Below are positions 46,375-54,686 of a stretch of DNA of 64,000 bases, piece after piece (position 1 is the stretch's first letter; every line of letters begins with the position of its first letter). Location of the stretch: assembly GCA_002011425.1 (NCBI GenBank), contig MTNJ01000053.1:11418-75417 (forward strand). The letters are read 5' to 3'. The translations under genes and the position numbers were made by a program. The notes beneath the pieces are model-generated. The model had not been told where the DNA came from and made no database searches. It saw nothing but the letters and a program-made list of their open reading frames with translations. The stretch is from Candidatus Acetothermia bacterium JdFR-48. GTDB taxonomy: Bacteria > Bipolaricaulota > Bipolaricaulia > Bipolaricaulales > Bipolaricaulaceae.

Positions 46375-46845
46375 TCAAGCGCCGTCCGGGCTAAAGTCGG
46401 TTTCCCAGAGCTCGTCTTCCTCCACGAGGTAGAATTGAGCCCGCTTGGATTTGATGCGCAGAAGAACATAATCGGGATCATCCGGTCCTTCCCAGAACTC
46501 TGCCCACTCTTCCTCCCAAAACTCCCGCTTTAGGTTTGGGTCATCCACTATCTCGGCCTCACCGAAGAATGTAGCGTAGGCGTCCTTCTCGAGGGCGAGG
46601 AAGAAGGCGGTTACCCTGGGGTTCTCCTCGATGTGAGAGACTTTACGGGAAACGCGGCTGGTGGCGAACCAGAGGATACCTTCGTCCTCTTCGTAGGCGA
46701 GGAGGGTCATAGGACGGATATAGGGAAACCCGTCGTCGCCTACGGTAATGAGGAGATCCACATCGGCCTCGTCCAAAATTTCCCAAAGCTGTTCTTCTAA
46801 ATTTCTCATATCATAATGAGAATAACCCAAATATATATCGGCCAC
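46375..46845 (-). CDS. Pyridoxamine-5'-phosphate-oxidase-like FMN-binding protein (general stress protein 26-like)
   Basis: LLITVGDDGFPYIRPMTLL...GILWFATSRVSRKVSHIEENPRVTAFF, a split-barrel pattern. Confidence 0.75.
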   Translation of the reverse strand: MADIYLGYSHYDMRNLEEQLWEILDEADVDLLITVGDDGFPYIRPMTLLAYEEDEGILWFATSRVSRKVSHIEENPRVTAFFLALEKDAYATFFGEAEIVDDPNLKREFWEEEWAEFWEGPDDPDYVLLRIKSKRAQFYLVEEDELWETDFSPDGA

Positions 46846-46864
46846 AAAAGTTATGCGCGTAAAA

Positions 46865-47749
46865 TTAGGGACCCTTAACGGCTTTCTGGATGCGAGGGTT
46901 GATTTCCTCCCGCAGCCAGTCGGCCACGAGGTTGATGCCTACGACAATCGCGGTGAGGGCGATTCCCGGAAAGACAATGAGCCACCACTTGCCTGCGTAA
47001 ACGTATTTGCGCCCGATGGAGATCATCATCCCCAGGGAGGGTTCAGTCACCGGGAGCCCCACCCCGAGAAAGCTCAGGGTGGCTTCAAGCATGATCACAA
47101 CCCCGAAGTCCACCGCCGCCACCACGAGAAGTGGGGGCACGGCGTTGGGAAGCACATGCCGGAGGATGATGCGGTGGCTCTCTGCGCCCACAGCTCGGGC
47201 AGCGTTTATGTAGTCCTCCTCCTTGATGGCGAGAACCGCTCCCCGCAGGGTGCGGGCGTAACGTACCCAGTCAGTAAGTGAGATGGCAAGGACGAGGACG
47301 AGGACCCCTTTTTGCTTGAGGAGCCCTAACACCAAAATCGCCATCAGGGTGGTGGAGAAGGAGTAGAAAACGTCGGCCAAACGCATGACCACGGCGTCGA
47401 TGAATCCCCCGTAGAAACCGGCCAAGAGGCCCATCACCATTCCGAAGGTCCCCGCCACGAGCACCACCCCGAAGGCCACAGTGAGGGAGGTACGGCAGCC
47501 GTAGAGGATGGTGCTCAAAACATCGCGCCCCTGTTCGTCCGTGCCAAGGAGAAACGGCGCCTCGCCTCCCTCCATCCAAATGGGAGGCTTGAGGGAATCG
47601 GCGAGGCTCAGGATCCCGAGGTCATAGGGATTTTGTGGGGCGATCAAAGGGGCGAAGATAGCCCCCGCTACGAACAGGGAGAGGATGGTCGCCCCTGCCA
47701 CCGCGGAGGGATCTCCCAGGAAGTGCCTCAGTGCCCTCCCTCTAGACAT
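46865..47749 (-). CDS. Peptide/nickel ABC transporter permease (DppC/OppC type)
   Basis: 294 aa with an N-terminal OppC domain and the loop INAARAVGAESHRIILRHVLPNAVPP. Confidence 0.9.
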   Translation of the reverse strand: MSRGRALRHFLGDPSAVAGATILSLFVAGAIFAPLIAPQNPYDLGILSLADSLKPPIWMEGGEAPFLLGTDEQGRDVLSTILYGCRTSLTVAFGVVLVAGTFGMVMGLLAGFYGGFIDAVVMRLADVFYSFSTTLMAILVLGLLKQKGVLVLVLAISLTDWVRYARTLRGAVLAIKEEDYINAARAVGAESHRIILRHVLPNAVPPLLVVAAVDFGVVIMLEATLSFLGVGLPVTEPSLGMMISIGRKYVYAGKWWLIVFPGIALTAIVVGINLVADWLREEINPRIQKAVKGP

Positions 47750-48710
47750 AGCGGATCTTAGGGTTGATAAAGACGTAGAGGATGTCCACCAGAAGGTTCA
47801 AAGAGAGGATTACGATCGACACGAAGGTTATGTAGGTGACGATCACCGGCTGGTCGCTCTCGAAGATCGCTGAGAGCAGGAGGTTTCCCATCCCCGGCCA
47901 CTGGAAAACTGTCTCGGTGACGATGGAGAAAGCGATGAGTTCCCCGAACTGGAGGCCGATCATGGTGACCACAGGGATGAGGGCGTTGCGGAGGGCATGT
48001 TTGAATAGGACTGAGCGTTGGGGGAGGCCCTTGGCCCACGCGGTCTTGATGTACTCCTCCCCCAGGATCTCCATCATCCCCGCGCGTGTGAGCCGGAGCA
48101 GCACCGCCAGCTGATATGTGCTCAAAGTAAGCGCCGGAAGGATCAGGTGTTTGATGCCGTTCCAAGTGAGGAAACCTGTCCGCCAGTTCCCGAATAGCCG
48201 CACCACCTCACCCCTCCCGAAGGGAGGAAGGAGCCGAAGTTCCACCGCGAAGATCATGATGAGGAGGATCCCGGTGAGGAAGGTGGGGACGGAGATCCCC
48301 AACAGTGATCCTGCCATGATAAGTCGGCTCACGGGGGAGTGCGGCGATACCGACACCAACACGCCCAGCCCCACCCCAAAGGTAACAGCTATCAACATGG
48401 CCATCAGGGCGAGCTCGAGGGTCGCCGGCAATCGCTCGAGGATCACCTGCATGGCCGGGAGCCGGCTCACGAAGGACATGCCGAAGTTCCCACGCAAGGC
48501 GTTCTTGAGAAAGATTAGGTACTGGACGTAGAAAGGCTTGTCGAGGCCGAGTTTTTGGCGGACCATCTCGAGCTGTTTGGGGGTGGCGTAGCGGCCCGCC
48601 AGGGCCCAAGCGGGGTCGCCCATGTATTGAAAAATCACGAAGCAAATGAAGGACACGGCCAATAGGACGAGGAGGCCCTGGCCGATACGCCGCACGATGT
48701 AAGCTCCCAT
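47742..48710 (-). CDS. Peptide/nickel ABC transporter permease (DppB/OppB type)
   Basis: MGAYIVRRIGQGLLVLLAVSFICFVIF and YIKTAWAKGLPQRSVLFKHALRNALIPVVT. Confidence 0.9.
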   Translation of the reverse strand: MGAYIVRRIGQGLLVLLAVSFICFVIFQYMGDPAWALAGRYATPKQLEMVRQKLGLDKPFYVQYLIFLKNALRGNFGMSFVSRLPAMQVILERLPATLELALMAMLIAVTFGVGLGVLVSVSPHSPVSRLIMAGSLLGISVPTFLTGILLIMIFAVELRLLPPFGRGEVVRLFGNWRTGFLTWNGIKHLILPALTLSTYQLAVLLRLTRAGMMEILGEEYIKTAWAKGLPQRSVLFKHALRNALIPVVTMIGLQFGELIAFSIVTETVFQWPGMGNLLLSAIFESDQPVIVTYITFVSIVILSLNLLVDILYVFINPKIRYV

Positions 48711-48720
48711 CCGCCTCCAC

Positions 48721-48762
48721 GAAAAGGAACAAAAGGGGGGCGCGGAGGATTTCCGCGCCCCC
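48721..48762 (-). terminator. Intra-operon rho-independent terminator/attenuator between the binding-protein and permease genes
   Basis: On the minus strand: GGGGGCGCGGA-aatcc-TCCGCGCCCCC (11 bp GC-rich stem, 48762-48736), followed by CTTTTGTTCCTTTTC, then the GGAGG SD of the permease. Confidence 0.5.
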
Positions 48763-48777
48763 TCAAATCCGTCCCAT

Positions 48778-50307
48778 TTAGGGCTGGATCACATCTACGA
48801 TGGTCATCCAGGTGTCGGGCCTGGGCGTGAACTTGACCCCCGAGGGCTTGTAAACCGCATAGGAATCCTCAAGGTAGAAGAGCGGGATGTAGACGATCTT
48901 CCACTCGAAAGCGATGCGGTTGGCCGTCTGAGACCACTCCACGTAGAGGTCGGGGTCGACGATGGTGTCCGACTCCTCGATGAGGCGGTCGAGTAACTTT
49001 TCGCTGATATCGCCGGCGTTGAAGAGGCCGTACCCTCGCTCCTCATTGTAGGAGTGGACCAGCTTGGTGAAGGTCCGCATCGCCGAGTAGGCCCCGTCGA
49101 ACCAGCCGAGGTAGTAGAGCTCCACGTCGTGGTGCGTCACCTCGGGGAAATAGATCGCCTTGGGCTTGGCGTCCACGGTGACCTTGATCCCGATCTTGGC
49201 GAGCTGTTTTGCGATGGCCTCCGCGGTCTCCTCGTCACGTGGGTAGCGGTCGGTGGGTGCCTTAAGGGTGACCGAAAAGCCATCGGGATACCCGGCTTCC
49301 GCCAATAGGCGCTTTGCCTCTTCAGGGTCATTGGGAAGCCGTTTTATCTCGGGATTGTAACCCACGGTGGGCGGATCGGCGATCTGGGCCGCGGGGCTCG
49401 CGTGGCCGAACATCACCTTGTCGATGAGTTCCTGGACATTGATCGCCATGTAGATCGCTTTGCGTACGCGCACATCGTGCATGGGGTACTCGGGGGTCTG
49501 CTTCATCCCCAGGAACATGCCGCGACGTGCCGGCCGGGTGACGATCAAAAGGTTGGGGTTGGCCTTGGCGCGGTCGAAGAGTTCCAATGGAATGTCCTGG
49601 ATGATATCCACCGTGCCCGTTTCGATGGCCGCGAGCCGGGTGAAGGAGTCCACGATTTCCTTAAAGACCACCTTCTTGACCGGCGGCGGCCCGCCCCAAT
49701 AGTCCTCGTTGGCAACCAACGTGAGATGATCGCCTCGGATCCACTCCACGAACTTGTAGGGCCCAGTGCCGATGGGGTACGAGGCCACCTCTCCCTGGGA
49801 GCGGGACTCGGTGGACTCCTTGTCCATAATGAAAATCTGATGCATGTTCTGCACGAACCAGGCCACCGGCCGGGTGGTCTTGACGTCGATCACCCAGGGA
49901 TCTCCATCCACGGGCTGCACGGACTCCACCAGCTGGCCCGTGGCCAGGAACTCGGAGACGCCGGGGTCCTTCAACCGTTCGAAGGTGAAGGCGACATCCT
50001 CCCACGTGAAATCGTTTCCGTTGTGGAACTTGACGCCCTTGCGGAGGTAAAAGCGCCACGTAAGCGCATCCACCCGCTCCCACGAGACCGCCAGCGCCGG
50101 GAGCAGGGTCCCGTTCACGTCGCGGCGAGCCAAGCCCTCGAAGATGTTGCTCATGATGGAGAGGTTGGAGTCGGCGTCGGAACCGTGGGGGTCCATCGTC
50201 CGCGGGGGAGCGGAGAGGCCGATCACCACCTTTTCGATCGTCTGCGCACCCAGGCCGATGCTGAACATAAGCCCGAAAAACAACAGGAACATCCCGACTT
50301 TCCGCAT
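48778..50307 (-). CDS. Peptide ABC transporter substrate-binding protein (family 5)
   Basis: The ATG at 50307 (MRKVGMFLLFFGLMFSIGLGAQ signal, AAGGGGG upstream) is preferred over the long ORF-track start at 50460. Family-5 SBP body. No DppD/F ATPase genes are adjacent. Confidence 0.9.
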   Translation of the reverse strand: MRKVGMFLLFFGLMFSIGLGAQTIEKVVIGLSAPPRTMDPHGSDADSNLSIMSNIFEGLARRDVNGTLLPALAVSWERVDALTWRFYLRKGVKFHNGNDFTWEDVAFTFERLKDPGVSEFLATGQLVESVQPVDGDPWVIDVKTTRPVAWFVQNMHQIFIMDKESTESRSQGEVASYPIGTGPYKFVEWIRGDHLTLVANEDYWGGPPPVKKVVFKEIVDSFTRLAAIETGTVDIIQDIPLELFDRAKANPNLLIVTRPARRGMFLGMKQTPEYPMHDVRVRKAIYMAINVQELIDKVMFGHASPAAQIADPPTVGYNPEIKRLPNDPEEAKRLLAEAGYPDGFSVTLKAPTDRYPRDEETAEAIAKQLAKIGIKVTVDAKPKAIYFPEVTHHDVELYYLGWFDGAYSAMRTFTKLVHSYNEERGYGLFNAGDISEKLLDRLIEESDTIVDPDLYVEWSQTANRIAFEWKIVYIPLFYLEDSYAVYKPSGVKFTPRPDTWMTIVDVIQP

Positions 50308-50508
50308 CTTAACCCCCTTTGTGCACCTTTTTAGGATTGGGGCAGTTTTTTCTCCCTTCGTATCACCTCCTTCCTCTGGGACACATGCGGGGGGACGCTG
50401 TGTGCCAGGGGAGAAATCCTGTGCAAGAGAGAACCCGCTCCTGCCCCCTTTCCGCTCCACAGATGAGGATTATAACGCTTTCTCGGCGGGAAAAGGACAT
50501 GAATACAA

Positions 50509-50582
50509 CGCGCCCGGGAGGACTCGAACCCCCAACCCTCGGCTCCGAAGGCCGATGCTCTGTCCAATTGAGCTACGGGCGC
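50509..50582 (-). tRNA. tRNA-Arg(TCG)
   Basis: Cloverleaf by hand: GCGCCCG-TA-GCTC..GAGC-A-TCGGC-CT[TCG]GA-GCCGA-GGGTT-GGGGG-TTCGAGT-CCTCC-CGGGCGC-G. CCA is not encoded. Confidence 0.9.
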
Positions 50583-50654
50583 AGATCCCGTGATAGGTGA
50601 CACGTGACAAGATCTTCTTTCCGTCAAGCATCATGCATCACCCATCACGGGTCT

Positions 50655-50730
50655 TGGGAGGAGCGACGGGACTCGAACCCGCAACCACCGCGTCCACAGC
50701 GCGGTGCTCTGCCTTTGAGCTACGCTCCTC
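50655..50730 (-). tRNA. tRNA-His(GTG)
   Basis: G(-1)-AGGAGCG-TA-GCTC..GAGC-A-CCGCG-CT[GTG]GA-CGCGG-TGGTT-GCGGG-TTCGAGT-CCCGT-CGCTCCT-C-CCA. G-1 and CCA are both encoded. Confidence 0.9.
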
Positions 50731-50733
50731 TCC

Positions 50734-50807
50734 CGCGCCCGGGAGGACTCGAACCCCCAACCTGCGGCTTAGAAGGCCGCTGCTCTCTCCTGTTGAGCTA
50801 CGGGCGC
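50734..50807 (-). tRNA. tRNA-Arg(TCT)
   Basis: GCGCCCG-TA-GCTC..GAGC-A-GCGGC-CT[TCT]AA-GCCGC-AGGTT-GGGGG-TTCGAGT-CCTCC-CGGGCGC-G. CCA is not encoded. Lies only 3 nt from tRNA-His. Confidence 0.9.
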
Positions 50808-50887
50808 GACCCTCCGTGACGCGTAACGACTGTAAAAGTCCCGAATCCACTTCCCATCACGCGTTACACGCCACCCGTCACGGAAGC

Positions 50888-50961
50888 TGGAGCGGGTAGC
50901 GGGAATCGAACCCGCGTCACTGGCTTGGAAGGCCAGCGCTCTACCATTGAGCTATACCCGC
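50888..50961 (-). tRNA. tRNA-Gly(TCC)
   Basis: GCGGGTA-TA-GCTC..GAGC-G-CTGGC-CT[TCC]AA-GCCAG-TGAC-GCGGG-TTCGATT-CCCGC-TACCCGC-T-CCA. Confidence 0.9.
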
Positions 50962-50973
50962 CCAATTGAAAGC

Positions 50974-51051
50974 TGGTCGGAGAGGCCGGATTCGAACCGG
51001 CGACCTCAGCGTCCCGAACGCTGCGCGCTAACCAGGCTGCGCTACTCTCCG
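50974..51051 (-). tRNA. tRNA-Pro(CGG)
   Basis: CGGAGAG-TA-GCGC..GCGC-G-CAGCG-TT[CGG]GA-CGCTG-AGGTC-GCCGG-TTCGAAT-CCGGC-CTCTCCG-A-CCA. Confidence 0.9.
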
Positions 51052-51086
51052 ACCGCCTCCCCAAATTATACCCGGGCCGTGCCGGC

Positions 51087-52508
51087 TCAGGGAAGCACCA
51101 AGAAGAGCGTCCTCCCCTCCCGTGCCACCGTAAGGAGGATATCGGCGTCGGCAGGGAGAGCTTCCACAATCGCCTTCCATTCCGCGAGGCTCCGCACGGG
51201 TTTGCGGTTCACCTCGATGATCACGTCCCCCTTATCGACCCCTGCCCAATCGGCCCGTGAACCTTCCCGCACCGAGACGACGAGGAGGCCCTCCACTCCA
51301 GTGGGGACCCGGTACTTCCGCGCAAGCTCGGGGGTGAGCTCTCGGAGGACCATGCCGAAGTACTCCTCCTCCTGGGTCTTCTCGCTAGGCCTCATCTGAG
51401 CGAGCGCCTCCTCGGCCGGGCGCACACCGAGCACCACTTGCAGGGAGAGTCGCTCGCCATTACGGATGAGCTCCACGGTCACCGCGTCCCCGGGACGGCG
51501 GTACATGATTTCCAGCTGGAGCTCATTCGTATCGTGGACCGGTTTTCCATCCACCGCGGTAATGACGTCCCCCCGCCTGATCCCAGCCTCCTCTGCGGGG
51601 CTCCTGGGCACCACATCGGCCACCAAGACCCCACTGCCGGGTTCCACCCCAAACTGGGCGGCGAGTTCCGGGGTGAGGTCCTGGATATAGACCCCGAGCC
51701 AGGCTCGGGTAACCGCGCCTTTGGAGATAAGCTGAGGGAGCACCCGCATGATCTCATTGATAGGCACGGCGAAGTTGATTCCTTCGATCGCAATCCCCTG
51801 AGAGCTCATACGGGCGATGAGGGTGTTCATCCCCACCACCTCTCCCCTGGCGTTCACCAGGGGACCGCCGGAGTTACCGGGATTGATGGCCGCGTCGGTC
51901 TGGATCATGCGGCGGAAGTAGCCGCGGTCGTCGGGGCGGGGGACGTCGCGGCTGAGCGCCGAAACGATTCCCAGGGTCACGGTGTAGTCGAACCCCAAGG
52001 GGTTTCCGATGGCGATCACCCAATCTCCCACCCGCAGGGCATCGGAGTCCCCGATGGGGGCCGCAGGGAGTTCAGCGGCGCCTTCCACCTCGAGGACTGC
52101 CACGTCCAGCATCTCATCGGTCCCCAACACCTCGGCCCGGCGGATCTTTCCGTCCTGGGAAATGACCCTGACCTCCTCGGCATCGTTGACCACGTGCGCA
52201 TTGGTGAGGACGTACTTCGCGCCCCCGAACTCGATAACGAACCCCGAGCCCAGCGAGGTCACTTTGCGCTCCGGGAGTGGGGGCTCGCCGAAGAACCGCC
52301 AGAACCACTCGAACTTGTCCCAAGGGTAGGCCCGCTTGGTCACGGCCTCGACCCGCACCACCGCCGGGGCCACCCGGGCGATGGCGGCGTGAATGGCTGT
52401 TTGGCCCGAGGCGGCGATGGATTCCTGTATATCCGTCTGGGCCGAGATCGTGAGGCCAAAACCGACCGTCAGGGCCAGGAGTAACCCTATCATCGTCCAC
52501 TTACGCAT
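51087..52508 (-). CDS. htrA: HtrA/DegP-family periplasmic serine protease with two PDZ domains
   Basis: Signal peptide, catalytic triad context (TNAHVV, DVAVL, GNSGGPL), and two PDZ-like repeats. GAAGGAGG SD. Confidence 0.9.
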   Translation of the reverse strand: MRKWTMIGLLLALTVGFGLTISAQTDIQESIAASGQTAIHAAIARVAPAVVRVEAVTKRAYPWDKFEWFWRFFGEPPLPERKVTSLGSGFVIEFGGAKYVLTNAHVVNDAEEVRVISQDGKIRRAEVLGTDEMLDVAVLEVEGAAELPAAPIGDSDALRVGDWVIAIGNPLGFDYTVTLGIVSALSRDVPRPDDRGYFRRMIQTDAAINPGNSGGPLVNARGEVVGMNTLIARMSSQGIAIEGINFAVPINEIMRVLPQLISKGAVTRAWLGVYIQDLTPELAAQFGVEPGSGVLVADVVPRSPAEEAGIRRGDVITAVDGKPVHDTNELQLEIMYRRPGDAVTVELIRNGERLSLQVVLGVRPAEEALAQMRPSEKTQEEEYFGMVLRELTPELARKYRVPTGVEGLLVVSVREGSRADWAGVDKGDVIIEVNRKPVRSLAEWKAIVEALPADADILLTVAREGRTLFLVLP

Positions 52509-52644
52509 GGCTGCCTCCTTCGAAGACCATCGTAGAAATTCCCTCTGGCGAGAAGATTACCCATCACGCCATCGAGGTCCAATGCAAAAATTGTGGATTT
52601 TCCGTGGAATATTGGGCCCGGGCGCTCGTGTTAGAATCCCTGCG

Positions 52645-53430
52645 ATGGGGAAGGCAACGTTCAGGTTCTACGCCGAGCTGAACGACTTCTTGCCCCGTGA
52701 CCGCCGGTTCCGGGACATCGAGTACGCCTTCTTCGGTACCCCCACGGTGAAGGACGCCATCGAGGCGCTAGGGGTGCCGCATGTGGAGGTGGACCTGATC
52801 CTGGTGAACGGGGAGCCCGTGGATTTCTCTTACCATTTGGAGGACGGGGACCGGGTGGCTGTCTATCCCACCTTCGAGAGCCTGGATATCTCTGGGATCT
52901 CATCGTTACGGCCACGGCCGCTGCGACGGGTGAAGTTCGTGGCGGACGTGCATCTGGGAAAACTCGTGCGGGTTCTCCGACTCCTCGGTATCGATGTGGT
53001 GCAGCCCGACGATCCCGAGGACGAGGAGCTCGTTCGGATCTCCCAGGAGGAGGGCCGGGTTCTCCTCACTCGAGACCGTCACCTTCTGAAGCACGGAAAG
53101 CTCACCCATGGCTATTACGTTCGCGCCGACGGCGCGGTGGAACAGGCGAGGGAAGTACTGCAGCGCTTCGATTTATGGGAAGAGGTACGCCCGTTCACCC
53201 GGTGTCTCCTATGTAACGGTTCCCTCGAGCCAGTGCCGAAGGAAGAGGTGCTGGAAAAGATCCCGCCGCGCACCGCTGCCTGGCTCGACGAATACACGCG
53301 GTGCCGATCCTGTGGGAGACTCTATTGGCCGGGTACCCATTACCGACGTCTGAATGAGATGATCGCCCGCGTCATCTCCGGGCGGCCAGGGGGGCGTTCA
53401 TCCTCGGAGGGAGAGGAGCGCGCGGGCTAA
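52645..53430 (+). CDS. Mut7-C RNase (PIN-like, DUF82) protein with an N-terminal ubiquitin-like beta-grasp domain and a C-terminal Zn ribbon
   Basis: MGKATFRFYAELNDFLP...VNGEPVDFSYHLEDGDRVAVYP (beta-grasp). FVADVHLGKLVRVLRLLGIDV...LLTRDRHLL (Mut7-C). CLLCNG...CRSCGRLYWPGTH (Zn ribbon). An extended -10, TGtTAGAAT (52629-52637), lies 7 nt before the ATG. Confidence 0.7.
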   Translation: MGKATFRFYAELNDFLPRDRRFRDIEYAFFGTPTVKDAIEALGVPHVEVDLILVNGEPVDFSYHLEDGDRVAVYPTFESLDISGISSLRPRPLRRVKFVADVHLGKLVRVLRLLGIDVVQPDDPEDEELVRISQEEGRVLLTRDRHLLKHGKLTHGYYVRADGAVEQAREVLQRFDLWEEVRPFTRCLLCNGSLEPVPKEEVLEKIPPRTAAWLDEYTRCRSCGRLYWPGTHYRRLNEMIARVISGRPGGRSSSEGEERAG

Positions 53431-54087
53431 CTCCAGGTCCTCGGGGTAGGTGATCTTCAGATTGCGGGCCTCGCCCGAGACAGCGGCCACCCGACCCCCA
53501 CGAGCGAGGACCGCCGCTGCGTCGTCGGGCAAGGGAAGCCCTCCTCGGTTCGCTTCCTCCAGGGCCTCGAGAACCAATGTCCGCTTGAACCCTTGCGGGG
53601 TCTGAATAGCGTGGAGTCCCGGACGATTTGGGCCCTCGTCACGGAGGAAGCCGCCCGCGGCGTAGCGGAGGGTGTCGCGCACCGGGATCACCGGTACCGC
53701 TGCCCCATGGACGGCGGCCGCCTTTAATACCCTTCGGATGAGGTCTGGGCTCACCAAGGGCCGTGCCGCATCGTGGATCAGCACATATTCCCCTCTGGCT
53801 GCGAATATCCCCGCGAGAGCCGAGTCCTGGCGGCGCTCGCCCCCAGGGACGACCTTCCAGGGAAGCCCGAGCTCCAGTAACGCTCCGCGGGCCAATTCCT
53901 CCTCGCCCGGCCGCACGACGACCACGATCTCCGCGACGACCTCCGCGATGACGAAGGCCTCTGCGGACCAACGCAGGAGCGGTTTCCCCGCAAGCTCCAC
54001 GAGGGCCTTGTTGATAGGGGCACCGAAGCGCTCGCCCCGCCCCGCAGCCAGGATAACTGCCGTGGCCTCCGGCAACGGGTCCCTCAC
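53398..54087 (-). CDS. ispD: 2-C-methyl-D-erythritol 4-phosphate cytidylyltransferase
   Basis: AVILAAGRGERFG, VLIHDAARPLV, IQTPQGF. GTG at 54087 overlaps the upstream stop as GTGA. The 3' end overlaps the Mut7-C gene 3' end by 33 nt. Confidence 0.9.
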   Translation of the reverse strand: MRDPLPEATAVILAAGRGERFGAPINKALVELAGKPLLRWSAEAFVIAEVVAEIVVVVRPGEEELARGALLELGLPWKVVPGGERRQDSALAGIFAARGEYVLIHDAARPLVSPDLIRRVLKAAAVHGAAVPVIPVRDTLRYAAGGFLRDEGPNRPGLHAIQTPQGFKRTLVLEALEEANRGGLPLPDDAAAVLARGGRVAAVSGEARNLKITYPEDLELARALLSLRG

Positions 54088-54599
54088 TTCTCCTCTTCCT
54101 TGGGGCGGGAAGGGGTGAGACGTTCCAGTTCGGTCCCATCGGGGTTTATGGCATAGATGGCCCACTCGCCGTCGCGGTCAGAGTTAAACACGATCTTTCC
54201 CGATGCGGACCAGTTGGGGTTCACGTCGGTGGCCTTGTCCGTGGTGAGTCGGAAGACCTCACCGGTATCGATATCCATGACGAAGATGTCTAGGTTATTC
54301 TTTTCTTGTGCGGCCATGTAGACGATCTTTTTCCCGTCCGGGGACCATGAGAGGTACATCTCGTTGAAGGAGTTCTCGGTTAGCTGCTTTTCCTCGCCGG
54401 TCTCGAGGTCCATGAGGAAGATCTCGTAGCTGTCCTCCCCTTGGTCAAGGTAGACGAGCTTCGTCCCATCGGGGGATAGGGCCGGCATGTAGAAATGCAC
54501 CGGCTCCTGTTTGGGAAAGAGGAACCCACATCCGCCAAGGCCTAAGAAGAGTCCCACAATGCCCAAGCCGATCAATATCGCGAGCGTCCCTTTCTTCAC
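54084..54599 (-). CDS. Small lipoprotein with PD40/TolB-like beta-propeller repeats
   Basis: Lipobox LGLGGC, then repeated SPDG.K.VY / D...IF..D motifs (LSPDGTKLVYL, WSPDGKKIVYM, INPDGTELERL). GTG start with AAGGAGG. Confidence 0.7.
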   Translation of the reverse strand: MKKGTLAILIGLGIVGLFLGLGGCGFLFPKQEPVHFYMPALSPDGTKLVYLDQGEDSYEIFLMDLETGEEKQLTENSFNEMYLSWSPDGKKIVYMAAQEKNNLDIFVMDIDTGEVFRLTTDKATDVNPNWSASGKIVFNSDRDGEWAIYAINPDGTELERLTPSRPKEEEK

Positions 54600-54623
54600 C
54601 GTGCCTCCTTAGGGCTACACTAA

Positions 54624-54652
54624 ATTATACGTAGCCGAATTGAACTTGACAT
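54624..54652 (-). promoter_or_regulatory. Putative promoter of the PD40-ispD operon
   Basis: On the minus strand: ATGTCA (54652-54647), 17 nt spacer, TATAAT (54629-54624). The -10 is bracketed by a GGCTAC/GTAGCC inverted repeat (54613-54618 / 54631-54636). Confidence 0.4.
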
Positions 54653-54686
54653 CACATTAACGGGGCGGAAACTTGCAGCGGTTTCC

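Noticed and set aside
50469-50497. TATAAT-like box upstream of the peptide-binding-protein gene as a promoter
   Set aside because: The -10 (minus strand, 50474-50469) is good, but no acceptable -35 or extended -10 is present at 16-18 nt spacing. I left it unannotated.
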